DNA from: Candidatus Iainarchaeum sp.
GTDB taxonomy: Archaea > Iainarchaeota > Iainarchaeia > Iainarchaeales > JAZDEL01
DNA length: 32,000 nucleotides
Direction of reading: 5' to 3'
Assembly: GCA_043808785.1 (NCBI GenBank)
Contig: JAZDEL010000005.1
Location: 1-32,000, forward strand
The notes under the pieces were generated by a model that worked only from the letters and a program-made list of their open reading frames with translations, was not told the DNA's origin and made no database searches. Below are positions 16,371 to 23,779 of this stretch, piece by piece. The position numbers were made by a program, and so were the translations under genes. The first letter of the stretch is position 1; every line of letters begins with the position of its first letter.

Positions 16371-18155
16371 ATGATTATACTTGGGTTCACGAACGGCCAC
16401 GACTGCGGAGCCTCGATTGTGAGGGACGGGAGGGTTGTTGCGGCCGTAAACGAGGAAAGGCTTAACCGCGTGAAGGTGTATTGGGGCTTCCCGTGGCTCT
16501 CAATCAGGGAGGTTATGCGCGTTGCGGGGGTTAAACCTGGGGAGATTGACGCTGCCGCATATGGCGGCCTTGCCGACGCCTGCAACATCTGGCAAGTCAA
16601 GAACCAGTCGGAGGGCCTGCAGTACCCCTCGCTGTTCGGGATGAACTGCGGAGCCGTGAATTTAATCGAAAAAAGGGCATACAGGCCGCTGCTGAGGAGG
16701 GGCATAATCAAACGTGGGAGCGCCGATGTCGCGCTCAAATATTTCCGGAAGGCGTTGCGCAGGATTGGGATTGCCGCTCCGCTTGCAATGGTCGAGCACC
16801 ATGCCGCGCATGCTGCCTCGGCATATTACAGCTCGGGGCGCGAGAATGCCACGACAATTACAATTGACGGAATCGGCGACTTGCAGTGCGCAACTGTATC
16901 AAAATGCAAAGGCACGGAAATCGAGAGGATTGCATCAACGCATTACCATGGGGCATCACCTGGTGCCTTCTATGCGAATGTTACAAATCTCCTCGGCTTC
17001 AGGCCCCTGAGGCATGAGGGCAAAGTGACAGGGCTTGCCGCCTACGGGAATCCGGAGGCAATTGAGTTCCCGTTTTTGGGCCTCGCAAACGGAGGAATGG
17101 AATTCAAGTGGGAGAATTACGAGGGCTATTTCCCGAGGCCGTTTGACAGCCTGTCGAATTTCCTTCTGTACATCAGGGGCGGCCTCGGCATTGGCGCAAC
17201 AAGCAGGGCATATCTTGATGCAATGAGGGAAAGGGCCAAAGGGGCCAAGAGGGAGGATGTTGCGGCCGCCGCACAAAAGAAATTCGAGGAGGTTATTTGC
17301 AGGCATGTGGAGAAGGTTCTCGAGGCAACCGGAAACGGGAACCTCTGCCTTGCGGGAGGGGTGTTTGCGAATGTGAAGCTCAATCAGCGCATCCATGAAA
17401 TCGACGGCGTTAGCAGCATTATGGTGCACCAGCATATGGGTGACGGCGGGCTGGCTGTCGGGGCGGCGCTGCACTATTACAGGGAGAAGCAAGGGGGAAA
17501 ATGCGTAAAGCTGCCGCATGCTTACCTGGGCCCCGAGTATGGCGGGGGAGAGATAGAGCGCGAGCTTACGGCAGCGGGGCTTGAGTATGAGGAGCACGGG
17601 GATATTGACGGAAAGGTTGGGGAGGTGCTGGCCGAGGGCGACATAGTCGCGAGGTATGGCGGCAGGATGGAGTACGGGCCCCGTGCGCTCGGAAACAGGA
17701 GCATTTTGTGCCAGCCCACCGACCCCTCCGTAAACGATTGGCTGAATAAAAAGCTGAAACGCACGGAGTTCATGCCTTTTGCGCCAGTAACGCTTGGCCG
17801 TTATGCGAAGAAGTGCTACAAAGGCATGAAGGGGGCGGAGCAGCCTGCCGAGAACATGATTATTACCTTTGGCTGCACCGACTGGCTTGCTGAGAACTGC
17901 CCTGCTGTCGTGCATGTTGACGGAACGGCACGCCCCCAGGTCATCGAGAGGGGCGTGAACCCCGGGTATTACAGGGTGCTGGAGCAATACCACAAGATTA
18001 CGGGCCTGACTACGCTCATTAATACCTCATTCAACATCCACGAAGAGCCCATAGTATGCACGCCGGGGGATGCCGTGAGGGCGTTTAAGCTCGGGCATCT
18101 GGAGTACCTGGCTATCGGGGATTTTTTGGTTCGGAACAAAAGCGATAAAAACTGA
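16371..18155 (+). CDS. NodU/CmcH-family carbamoyltransferase
   Basis: The N-terminus is MIILGFTNGHDCGASIVRDGRVVAAVNEERLNRVK. The C-terminal domain has VHVDGTARPQ and NTSFNIHEEPIVCTPGDA. Both are hallmarks of the family. Confidence 0.9.
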   Translation: MIILGFTNGHDCGASIVRDGRVVAAVNEERLNRVKVYWGFPWLSIREVMRVAGVKPGEIDAAAYGGLADACNIWQVKNQSEGLQYPSLFGMNCGAVNLIEKRAYRPLLRRGIIKRGSADVALKYFRKALRRIGIAAPLAMVEHHAAHAASAYYSSGRENATTITIDGIGDLQCATVSKCKGTEIERIASTHYHGASPGAFYANVTNLLGFRPLRHEGKVTGLAAYGNPEAIEFPFLGLANGGMEFKWENYEGYFPRPFDSLSNFLLYIRGGLGIGATSRAYLDAMRERAKGAKREDVAAAAQKKFEEVICRHVEKVLEATGNGNLCLAGGVFANVKLNQRIHEIDGVSSIMVHQHMGDGGLAVGAALHYYREKQGGKCVKLPHAYLGPEYGGGEIERELTAAGLEYEEHGDIDGKVGEVLAEGDIVARYGGRMEYGPRALGNRSILCQPTDPSVNDWLNKKLKRTEFMPFAPVTLGRYAKKCYKGMKGAEQPAENMIITFGCTDWLAENCPAVVHVDGTARPQVIERGVNPGYYRVLEQYHKITGLTTLINTSFNIHEEPIVCTPGDAVRAFKLGHLEYLAIGDFLVRNKSDKN

Positions 18156-18186
18156 TGCATGGCTTTTTTGCACAGGGGGCACAGGA

Positions 18187-18963
18187 ATGGCCGGTGAAAG
18201 CAATGAAATGCTGACTGTGGATTACAACGGAATTACTGTCTACTACAAAAAGCATCTTGACGGAGGTGGCAGTACGTTCGGGCAGGATTACATTCCCGAG
18301 GTCGGGAAGCGCTTCGGGAAGGTGGGGAGGGTGCATGAATTCTGCTGCGGGCCTGCATTCATTGGATTTTCATTGCTTGCGCACGGGCTGTGCGATTCAT
18401 TGTGCCTTTCGGACATAAACCCGAAGGCGATAGAGATGTGCAGGCTCACTGTAAAAGAAAACCGCCTGGAAGGGGTTGTTGATTGCTACGTTTCCGACTG
18501 CTTAAAGGGAATCCCGGAAACAGAGAAGTGGGATTTGGTTGTAAGCAACCCTCCGCACTTCGACGGCACTGAAGAGGATTATGCGCGTGAAATCCGCAGC
18601 TATGACCCGAAATGGAGGATACACAAGGAATTCTATGAAAATATCGGCGGCTTCCTAAACGAGGGAGCATCAGTTTATTTCTATGAAAACGGCCGGCAGT
18701 CAAACCCGGAAATATTCAAGGAAATGGCTGGGAAAGCGGGGCTTGAATTTGCCGGAATCCGCAGGCCGGGCAAGCTGGAGGTGATCCCCAGATGTCTTGC
18801 ATGGAGGCTGCCCCGAGTGCTGCACAAATTCCCGAACATCAGAAAAATGGCCGGCATTGTCATTAGAAGTGCGAACTACCCTTTCTATTTTATCCACAGC
18901 AGGAAACCTGCTGCCGGGAGCGCAAGCAACCCTTCCCATTTTGCCCGCGGCAGGAAGTATTGA
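18187..18963 (+). CDS. class I methyltransferase of the (D/N)PP(Y/F/H) amino-methyltransferase type (MTS-like)
   Basis: 258-aa ORF with motif I region VHEFCCGPAFIGF, LSDINP, and motif IV DLVVSNPPHF. Confidence 0.75.
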   Translation: MAGESNEMLTVDYNGITVYYKKHLDGGGSTFGQDYIPEVGKRFGKVGRVHEFCCGPAFIGFSLLAHGLCDSLCLSDINPKAIEMCRLTVKENRLEGVVDCYVSDCLKGIPETEKWDLVVSNPPHFDGTEEDYAREIRSYDPKWRIHKEFYENIGGFLNEGASVYFYENGRQSNPEIFKEMAGKAGLEFAGIRRPGKLEVIPRCLAWRLPRVLHKFPNIRKMAGIVIRSANYPFYFIHSRKPAAGSASNPSHFARGRKY

Positions 18964-19004
18964 TGCTTAGCATGTGCCGCACCGGGCATGAATGCGCGCA
19001 TATC

Positions 19005-19049
19005 CCGCGCTACGGTGATTCGCTTATCGTGAGGGCAAGGAAGGTTTAG
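19005..19049 (+). pseudogene. orphan 3'-terminal fragment of the A-type methyltransferase gene (PRYGDSLIVRARKV-stop)
   Basis: It is 43/45 identical, by eye alignment, to 19775-19819, the real 3' end of the gene that starts 51 nt downstream. The match includes the TAG. It is also related to 15302-15346. There is no upstream coding continuity. Confidence 0.6.
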
Positions 19050-19099
19050 CCCCGCGGCAACCCTTAAAAACAGGTCTGGGCAAATTCTATCGGTCGGAC

Positions 19100-19819
19100 A
19101 TGGGCAAAAAAAACTGCGAAAGCCAAAAGCCGTACTGGCTGGATGCGCACTTTGCATTCAACAGAGAGGGGCATACAAGAATCCCCCCTTACTCAAAATC
19201 CGGCATGCACGACGTGCTTCTCTACAGTAGGCTTATAGACCTGCTGCCACAAGACGGTATTTCAAAGGCGTTCGAGATAGGCTACGGGAATAACCCTATT
19301 ATAAGCTTCCTGCCAAGTGGCGTAGAAAAGTTTGGAATAGATATGGCTGACATAAAGCCAGATGGCATTAATGTCATAAGGCACAATGTAGAGGACGGCC
19401 TGCCGTTCCAGAAAGGCTGCTTCGAGCTTGTGGTTGCCTGCGAAACCATAGAACACATATATGAAACAGGCAACTTCCTGCGGGAATGCAACCGCGTGCT
19501 GCGAAAGGGCGGCACGCTGGTTTTGTCTACGCCCAACATTGCTTCGCTGCGCAATATAGCAAGATGCATACGTGGCAGGCAGCTGAAATTCATGGGATAT
19601 GATGTGAGAAGCGCAGATGGGCACATAAGGTGCTACACCCGCGGCTCGCTCTTCAGGCAGCTCGATGAATGCGGGTTTTCAGTAGAAAAGTTCACAAGCA
19701 CCAAAATGTACCTGCCTTTGCACTTCCATATAAAGCCCATAGGCTGGCTTGGCACTAAACTCGCGCCCCTTCTTCCGCGCTACGGGGATTCGCTTATCGT
19801 GAGGGCGAGGAAGGTTTAG
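19100..19819 (+). CDS. class I SAM-dependent methyltransferase (paralogue A2)
   Basis: 239-aa ORF. It has FELVVACETIEHIYETGNFLRECNRVLRKGGTLVLSTPN and LHFHIKPIGWLG...PRYGDSLIVRARKV, near-identical in blocks to 14630-15406. Confidence 0.85.
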   Translation: MGKKNCESQKPYWLDAHFAFNREGHTRIPPYSKSGMHDVLLYSRLIDLLPQDGISKAFEIGYGNNPIISFLPSGVEKFGIDMADIKPDGINVIRHNVEDGLPFQKGCFELVVACETIEHIYETGNFLRECNRVLRKGGTLVLSTPNIASLRNIARCIRGRQLKFMGYDVRSADGHIRCYTRGSLFRQLDECGFSVEKFTSTKMYLPLHFHIKPIGWLGTKLAPLLPRYGDSLIVRARKV

Positions 19820-19834
19820 TGCCGCTTTGGCGCC

Positions 19835-20860
19835 TTACTTCAGGGCACCGCAGCAATAAACCGTTCTGCACGGCCCGCCTATTTTTCCGAACTCCCGCCT
19901 TTCAAGCATGCCTATCAGCCGTTTCCTCTTCTCTGATGAATATATCCGATCAATTGACCGCTCCCAAATATTGCCGAGAGCAAGCTCGTTGTTCGAATCG
20001 AGACAGCAGGCATACCATGTTCCATCCGGAGCTATGAATGCAACCGAATGCATCTTCTCGAGGCGCGGACACGAGTAACCGCACAGGTCCGCGCTAAGGT
20101 GTGCCGCCGCATCCCTCTCAGCCCACCCGAAGACAGCACTCCTAAGAACCATATCGCGCGGGGCAAGCAGCCTGTTCAGGGGAAGCGCAAAAACCCGTGC
20201 CTTTTCTGCAGTTTGCCTGCTTATGCCCAAACGCTTCGCAAGGAGAAGGCAGTGCATCTTCATTTTTATTTCTGCAAAATCGTCGGGCACCTCAGCAAGG
20301 CGTGCGTCGCGCATCTTTGCAGGGTAAAACCCGAAAGCGCCGTGAATTGAATGTATGTAATCGTGCAAAGTCACCACATGTATGCGCAGCGGCACCGCAC
20401 TTTTCAGTTCGCGCCTCAGCCCGAGAAAAGCCTCGAGGTTGCGCATCGTGTTTTCAAGCGGAATGCGCTTTACATTGAAGTAGTTTTCCGCATTTGCGCC
20501 GTCAATGTTGCAGTGCACCTTGTCTATAAGCCCTTCCTCAAGGATTGTGCGCGACTTTTCTTCGGTCAGGTTCTGGAAATTCGTGAAAACGCCTGTTTCA
20601 ATCCACGGGCATTCCGCCTTTATGTGCCTCGCTATTTCGATGAAGCGCGGGTTCAGAAAGGCGTCGCCGTTCTCGCCGAGCTGCATATGCGTCACGCTGT
20701 GCCGAGCGCGGAATTCCGGGGAGGAAAGCTCGGAGGTTATTTTTTTCGCAAGGCCGAGGGGCATAATCTTTTCCTTTATCTTCGCGCCCCGGTCCCTTGC
20801 GCAAAAAATGCAGTCTGCTCCGCATGCTAAGGAAAGCGAAAGGTTTACCGCAGTGAGCAT
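19835..20860 (-). CDS. radical SAM enzyme with twitch/SPASM-like C-terminus
   Basis: It has CxxxCxxC (LACGADCIFC) close to the N-terminus. The C-terminal part has DGTWYACCLD (GX4C) and GGPCRTVYCCG. The track ORF starts at a TTG (20869). ATG at 20860 is preferred. It is convergent with 19100-19819 with only a 15-nt gap. Confidence 0.85.
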   Translation of the reverse strand: MLTAVNLSLSLACGADCIFCARDRGAKIKEKIMPLGLAKKITSELSSPEFRARHSVTHMQLGENGDAFLNPRFIEIARHIKAECPWIETGVFTNFQNLTEEKSRTILEEGLIDKVHCNIDGANAENYFNVKRIPLENTMRNLEAFLGLRRELKSAVPLRIHVVTLHDYIHSIHGAFGFYPAKMRDARLAEVPDDFAEIKMKMHCLLLAKRLGISRQTAEKARVFALPLNRLLAPRDMVLRSAVFGWAERDAAAHLSADLCGYSCPRLEKMHSVAFIAPDGTWYACCLDSNNELALGNIWERSIDRIYSSEKRKRLIGMLERREFGKIGGPCRTVYCCGALK

Positions 20861-20992
20861 GTTTACCAATTCAAATTTGGGGCGGATGTGTTAAAAAACA
20901 AGCGCTAGGGTTAGTGCGAAAGTTTGTGCACGCCGCACCCCCTGCAATTTGCGCGAAAATAACGCCCGCGTGCGCGCCTGTTCCCGCGCGTT

Positions 20993-21014
20993 CATGCCTG
21001 TCCATGCCCGTCCA
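20993..21014. promoter_or_regulatory. tandem 10-bp repeat upstream of a TATA-like box
   Basis: CATGCCTGTC and CATGCCCGTC, followed by CA, sit immediately upstream of TCTATATAAA (21021-21030). The spacer lies between the radical SAM gene (-) and the secreted-protein gene (+). Confidence 0.3.
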
Positions 21015-21100
21015 GATGCATCTATATAAACCGTTCATCCGCAATAGGTATAATTCCATTCAAATCAAATAAACAAAAGGAAAAACGAGGTGATTTTTGG

Positions 21101-22228
21101 ATGAAGATGAAATATGGAGCGGGCATTGCCCTGCTGCTTGCCGCAGCGGTGCTGCTTGGCACTTACGCGTTTGCGGAGGAGGCACTGCCTAACCATGAGG
21201 ATGCCAATGCAACCGCGCATGAGCAGGACGGCGGCGCTTCGATAGGTGCGGATACTGTAGCCGATAATACGGGGGAAATTGCCGAGGATACCGCAGCGGA
21301 TAATGGTACGGGCGATGCAGCAGCGAAAGCAATGAGGGAAAGGGCCCGCATTGCGGCAGAGGAAGCAAAGCAGGCAAGGGAAAAGGCAGGCAAAGGCAAA
21401 GAGGCTAAGGGAACCGATGCTGAAACCGTTTCAGCGGAACCCGCGGATTATGAAACAGTGCTTGCGCAGATAGGCGAGGGGCTTAACACAGAGGACGCGA
21501 AAAACCTCGGGGAAATAATGAGCGAACTTGCACACAGGCAGGCGCAGGAAAGGCAGGACGCGAACCTTACTGGAAGGGAAAGGGCCGAGTTCAACAAACA
21601 GCTCAACGCATACCTGAAAAACCTCAGGGCGGATATCAGGGTTGCTGTGAAGGACAAGAACCTTTCCGCGGTTGTTGCAAGGGAAATTGCAAGGAGGGCG
21701 GAGGTAGCAAGGGTAAAATCTGCGGCGGAACTGAGGCCAGAGGTTCTTCTCGAGGAGATTTCGGCAGTCTTCGGCACCGCGGACGAGGCTCAGCTCAAGG
21801 AGATAAAGGACATTGTAAGGCAGCGCATAAGGAACAACATCCATTTCTGGAACAGGCTGCTCTACAGGCTGAAGAATGACGCGAAATTCAGGCAGCACTT
21901 CAGGGACATGGTGCATAAGTGGTACCAAAAGCAGTACCTGAATCAGCACCCCGAAATTGTTCGGCCCGAAGCCGCGACGGAAAACGTTGCCGCAAGGGCA
22001 ATAAACCACGATTTCGTGAGGCAGCACCTGCTTGAAAAAATAAGGCAGCGCCTCAGGGACAGGGCGCACAATGCGAAGCAGGCAAGCATTATTCCAGAAC
22101 TGGTGCAGGACATGGTGGACGAGAACGCCATAATCAATCCTGCGCTTGTGCAGGTGGATTCGGCAGCGGTTGCCGCCGAAGTGAACCCTGAAGCGGAAAT
22201 AAACCCCGCGGTTGCACAGCCGCGGTAA
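21101..22228 (+). CDS. secreted or N-terminally anchored hypothetical protein, acidic low-complexity then highly charged helical
   Basis: GAGGTGA lies 7 nt upstream of the ATG. It has a signal-like N-terminus (MKMKYGAGIALLLAAAVLLGTYAFA). An A/D/E/T-rich segment carries NAT and NGT sequons. A long K/R/E-rich region follows, and the C-terminus has NPxx repeats. Confidence 0.7.
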   Translation: MKMKYGAGIALLLAAAVLLGTYAFAEEALPNHEDANATAHEQDGGASIGADTVADNTGEIAEDTAADNGTGDAAAKAMRERARIAAEEAKQAREKAGKGKEAKGTDAETVSAEPADYETVLAQIGEGLNTEDAKNLGEIMSELAHRQAQERQDANLTGRERAEFNKQLNAYLKNLRADIRVAVKDKNLSAVVAREIARRAEVARVKSAAELRPEVLLEEISAVFGTADEAQLKEIKDIVRQRIRNNIHFWNRLLYRLKNDAKFRQHFRDMVHKWYQKQYLNQHPEIVRPEAATENVAARAINHDFVRQHLLEKIRQRLRDRAHNAKQASIIPELVQDMVDENAIINPALVQVDSAAVAAEVNPEAEINPAVAQPR

Positions 22229-22248
22229 ATTGAACATGCAGGCATGGG

Positions 22249-22268
22249 GAAAGGGGGCATGCGCCCCC
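22249..22268 (+). terminator. GC hairpin after the 21101-22228 gene
   Basis: AAGGGGGC-ATGC-GCCCCCTT forms a perfect 8-bp stem with a 4-nt loop. It lies 20 nt after the stop and is followed by a C/T-rich tract (CCTTCCTTTCCCC). Confidence 0.3.
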
Positions 22269-22362
22269 TTGCGGCCTTCCTTTCCCCCGCACTTAGCCCT
22301 TAGTAACCCTTAAAAAAACAAATGCGTGAATACTATACATTAGTGCGTGCAGGGTTGTTGAC

Positions 22363-23001
22363 ATGAACCGCAAATTCGGGGCATTGCTTTTTGCTTTTTC
22401 CGCACTGCTTATCCTCGGCTATGCTTCCGCGCTTTTGGGGAATTACTCGGTTGTTGTTGAGGAGAACGGCAACGCAGCGGTTGTGCTTTCTGTCGAGGGC
22501 TCGGGAACCGTTGATGTGCCTTTGCCGCTCGATACCGAGAATTATGCAATCGATGGGGCGCTTTACGTGCCCTCCGCAAACGGAGTCGAACTTTCCATAG
22601 ATGAGGGAACGCCGGCAACGCTTATATACGACAGCGCACTGCTTACCTCCAAAAGTGCTGAAGGCTGGGCATTTGAACTTGATTTGGGAGCCTTTGATTC
22701 CGGAAGCGTAACCCTCTTCCTGCCAAAGGACACGAGGGTAGCGTCAATGCAGCCAATGGGCTCTGTTTCCGACAGCGATGACGCGAAGATTATAGCGTAC
22801 ACGATAATGAAGGGCACTGCAAGCGTCGGGGCGAACTACTCTTTTGTTTCCGCGGGCGGCGGCACCGAAGGGGGGGAAAGCGGCAAGGAAGGGCGGAGTG
22901 CGGACGGCGCGCTTATAATGGGCGCCGCAATAGCGATAGTTGTTGTGCTTGTTGTTGCGGTCATTGTGTTCATCTACCTGTCCTCTAAAAAAAAAGTTTA
23001 A
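22363..23001 (+). CDS. cell-surface protein with N-terminal signal/anchor and C-terminal transmembrane anchor
   Basis: The N-terminus is hydrophobic (FGALLFAFSALLILGYASA). The central domain is beta-rich and carries NYS sequons. A G/E/S-rich linker precedes a C-terminal TM helix plus basic tail (ALIMGAAIAIVVVLVVAVIVFIYLSSKKKV). Confidence 0.7.
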   Translation: MNRKFGALLFAFSALLILGYASALLGNYSVVVEENGNAAVVLSVEGSGTVDVPLPLDTENYAIDGALYVPSANGVELSIDEGTPATLIYDSALLTSKSAEGWAFELDLGAFDSGSVTLFLPKDTRVASMQPMGSVSDSDDAKIIAYTIMKGTASVGANYSFVSAGGGTEGGESGKEGRSADGALIMGAAIAIVVVLVVAVIVFIYLSSKKKV

Positions 23002-23063
23002 CTGAATCAATAAGGCTGCCCAATCTGCGGGCGGGCGGTTTCTCAAAAGGGCAGGAAAACCTG

Positions 23064-23279
23064 ATGAAGGCGCTTTCTGAGAACGAGCGCAAAGTTATTT
23101 CGCTGCTTGCCTCGGCAGGCGGGGAAATGAAACGCAACATCCTTGAGAGGAAGAGCGGGCTTGCGAAGAGCTCCCTCGCCTCGTGCCTGAACATGCTTGA
23201 GAGGAAGAACGTTGTTATTATAGACAAGACAAGCACGACGCATTTCATACGCTTCACGGACTGGTTTAAGGAACTGTGA
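23064..23279 (+). CDS. small winged-helix (MarR/TrmB/ArsR-like) DNA-binding protein
   Basis: 71 aa. The sequence LSENERKVISLLASAGGEMKRNILERKSGLAKSSLASCLNMLERKNVVIIDK has the pattern of a wHTH recognition unit. Confidence 0.6.
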   Translation: MKALSENERKVISLLASAGGEMKRNILERKSGLAKSSLASCLNMLERKNVVIIDKTSTTHFIRFTDWFKEL

Positions 23280-23283
23280 TGCA

Positions 23284-23778
23284 ATGACGCGCGAAAAAAC
23301 AAAAAAAACCGTGCGCGGTTCGGTGCAGGGTTTGCGCACAGGCAAGCTGGCTAAAACAAAAACCAAACTCGGCGTTATGTGCATAGTTTTTGCCGAGCCC
23401 GTGGCTGGAGGCGAACGGCAGTTCCTCCTCCTGCATCGCGTTCTCAACTGGAGCGGCTGGGAGTTCGTGAAGGGCGGAATCGACAAGGGTGAAACCGCTG
23501 CGGAAGCGGGAAAGCGCGAGATAAAGGAGGAGGCGGGGCTGGGGAAGGCTGAGTTTGTGAAGGCACTCGAAGGGAAGCATGAGTGGGATGCGAAGGGCGT
23601 GCATTACGATTATTCAGTCCTCATCTTTCGTGCGGATGCGGATGAGAAGGTCAGGCTGCAGATAAAGCCAGTGAAAGAGCACGATAAGTTCGGGTGGGTT
23701 CATCCAAAAGACGCAATGGCAATGCTTAAATACGAGAACGCCAGAATTGTTTTTGCAAAGGCGCTGGAGAAAATGTGA
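23284..23778 (+). CDS. Nudix hydrolase
   Basis: It has the Nudix box GGIDKGETAAEAGKREIKEEAGL (GX5EX7REUXEEXGU). The K/T-rich N-terminal 31 aa may be an extension. An alternative ATG lies at 23377. Confidence 0.85.
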   Translation: MTREKTKKTVRGSVQGLRTGKLAKTKTKLGVMCIVFAEPVAGGERQFLLLHRVLNWSGWEFVKGGIDKGETAAEAGKREIKEEAGLGKAEFVKALEGKHEWDAKGVHYDYSVLIFRADADEKVRLQIKPVKEHDKFGWVHPKDAMAMLKYENARIVFAKALEKM

Positions 23779-23779
23779 A

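Noticed and set aside
19991-19999. GTTCGAATC, resembling a tRNA T-loop consensus.
   Set aside because: It lies inside the radical SAM coding sequence. No acceptor, D or anticodon stem pairing is visible around it. I found no other tRNA-like structure in the intergenic regions.
20871-21059. A 62-aa Cys-containing ORF ending 2 nt upstream of the third radical SAM ORF on the same strand, as a candidate RiPP precursor.
   Set aside because: It has no RBS or TATA-like box at a suitable distance. It overlies the predicted promoter elements of both divergent genes. The adjacent radical SAM gene most likely starts at the ATG at 20860, not the TTG at 20869. The composition looks like GC-rich noise. 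Only peptide-level or conservation evidence would revive it.
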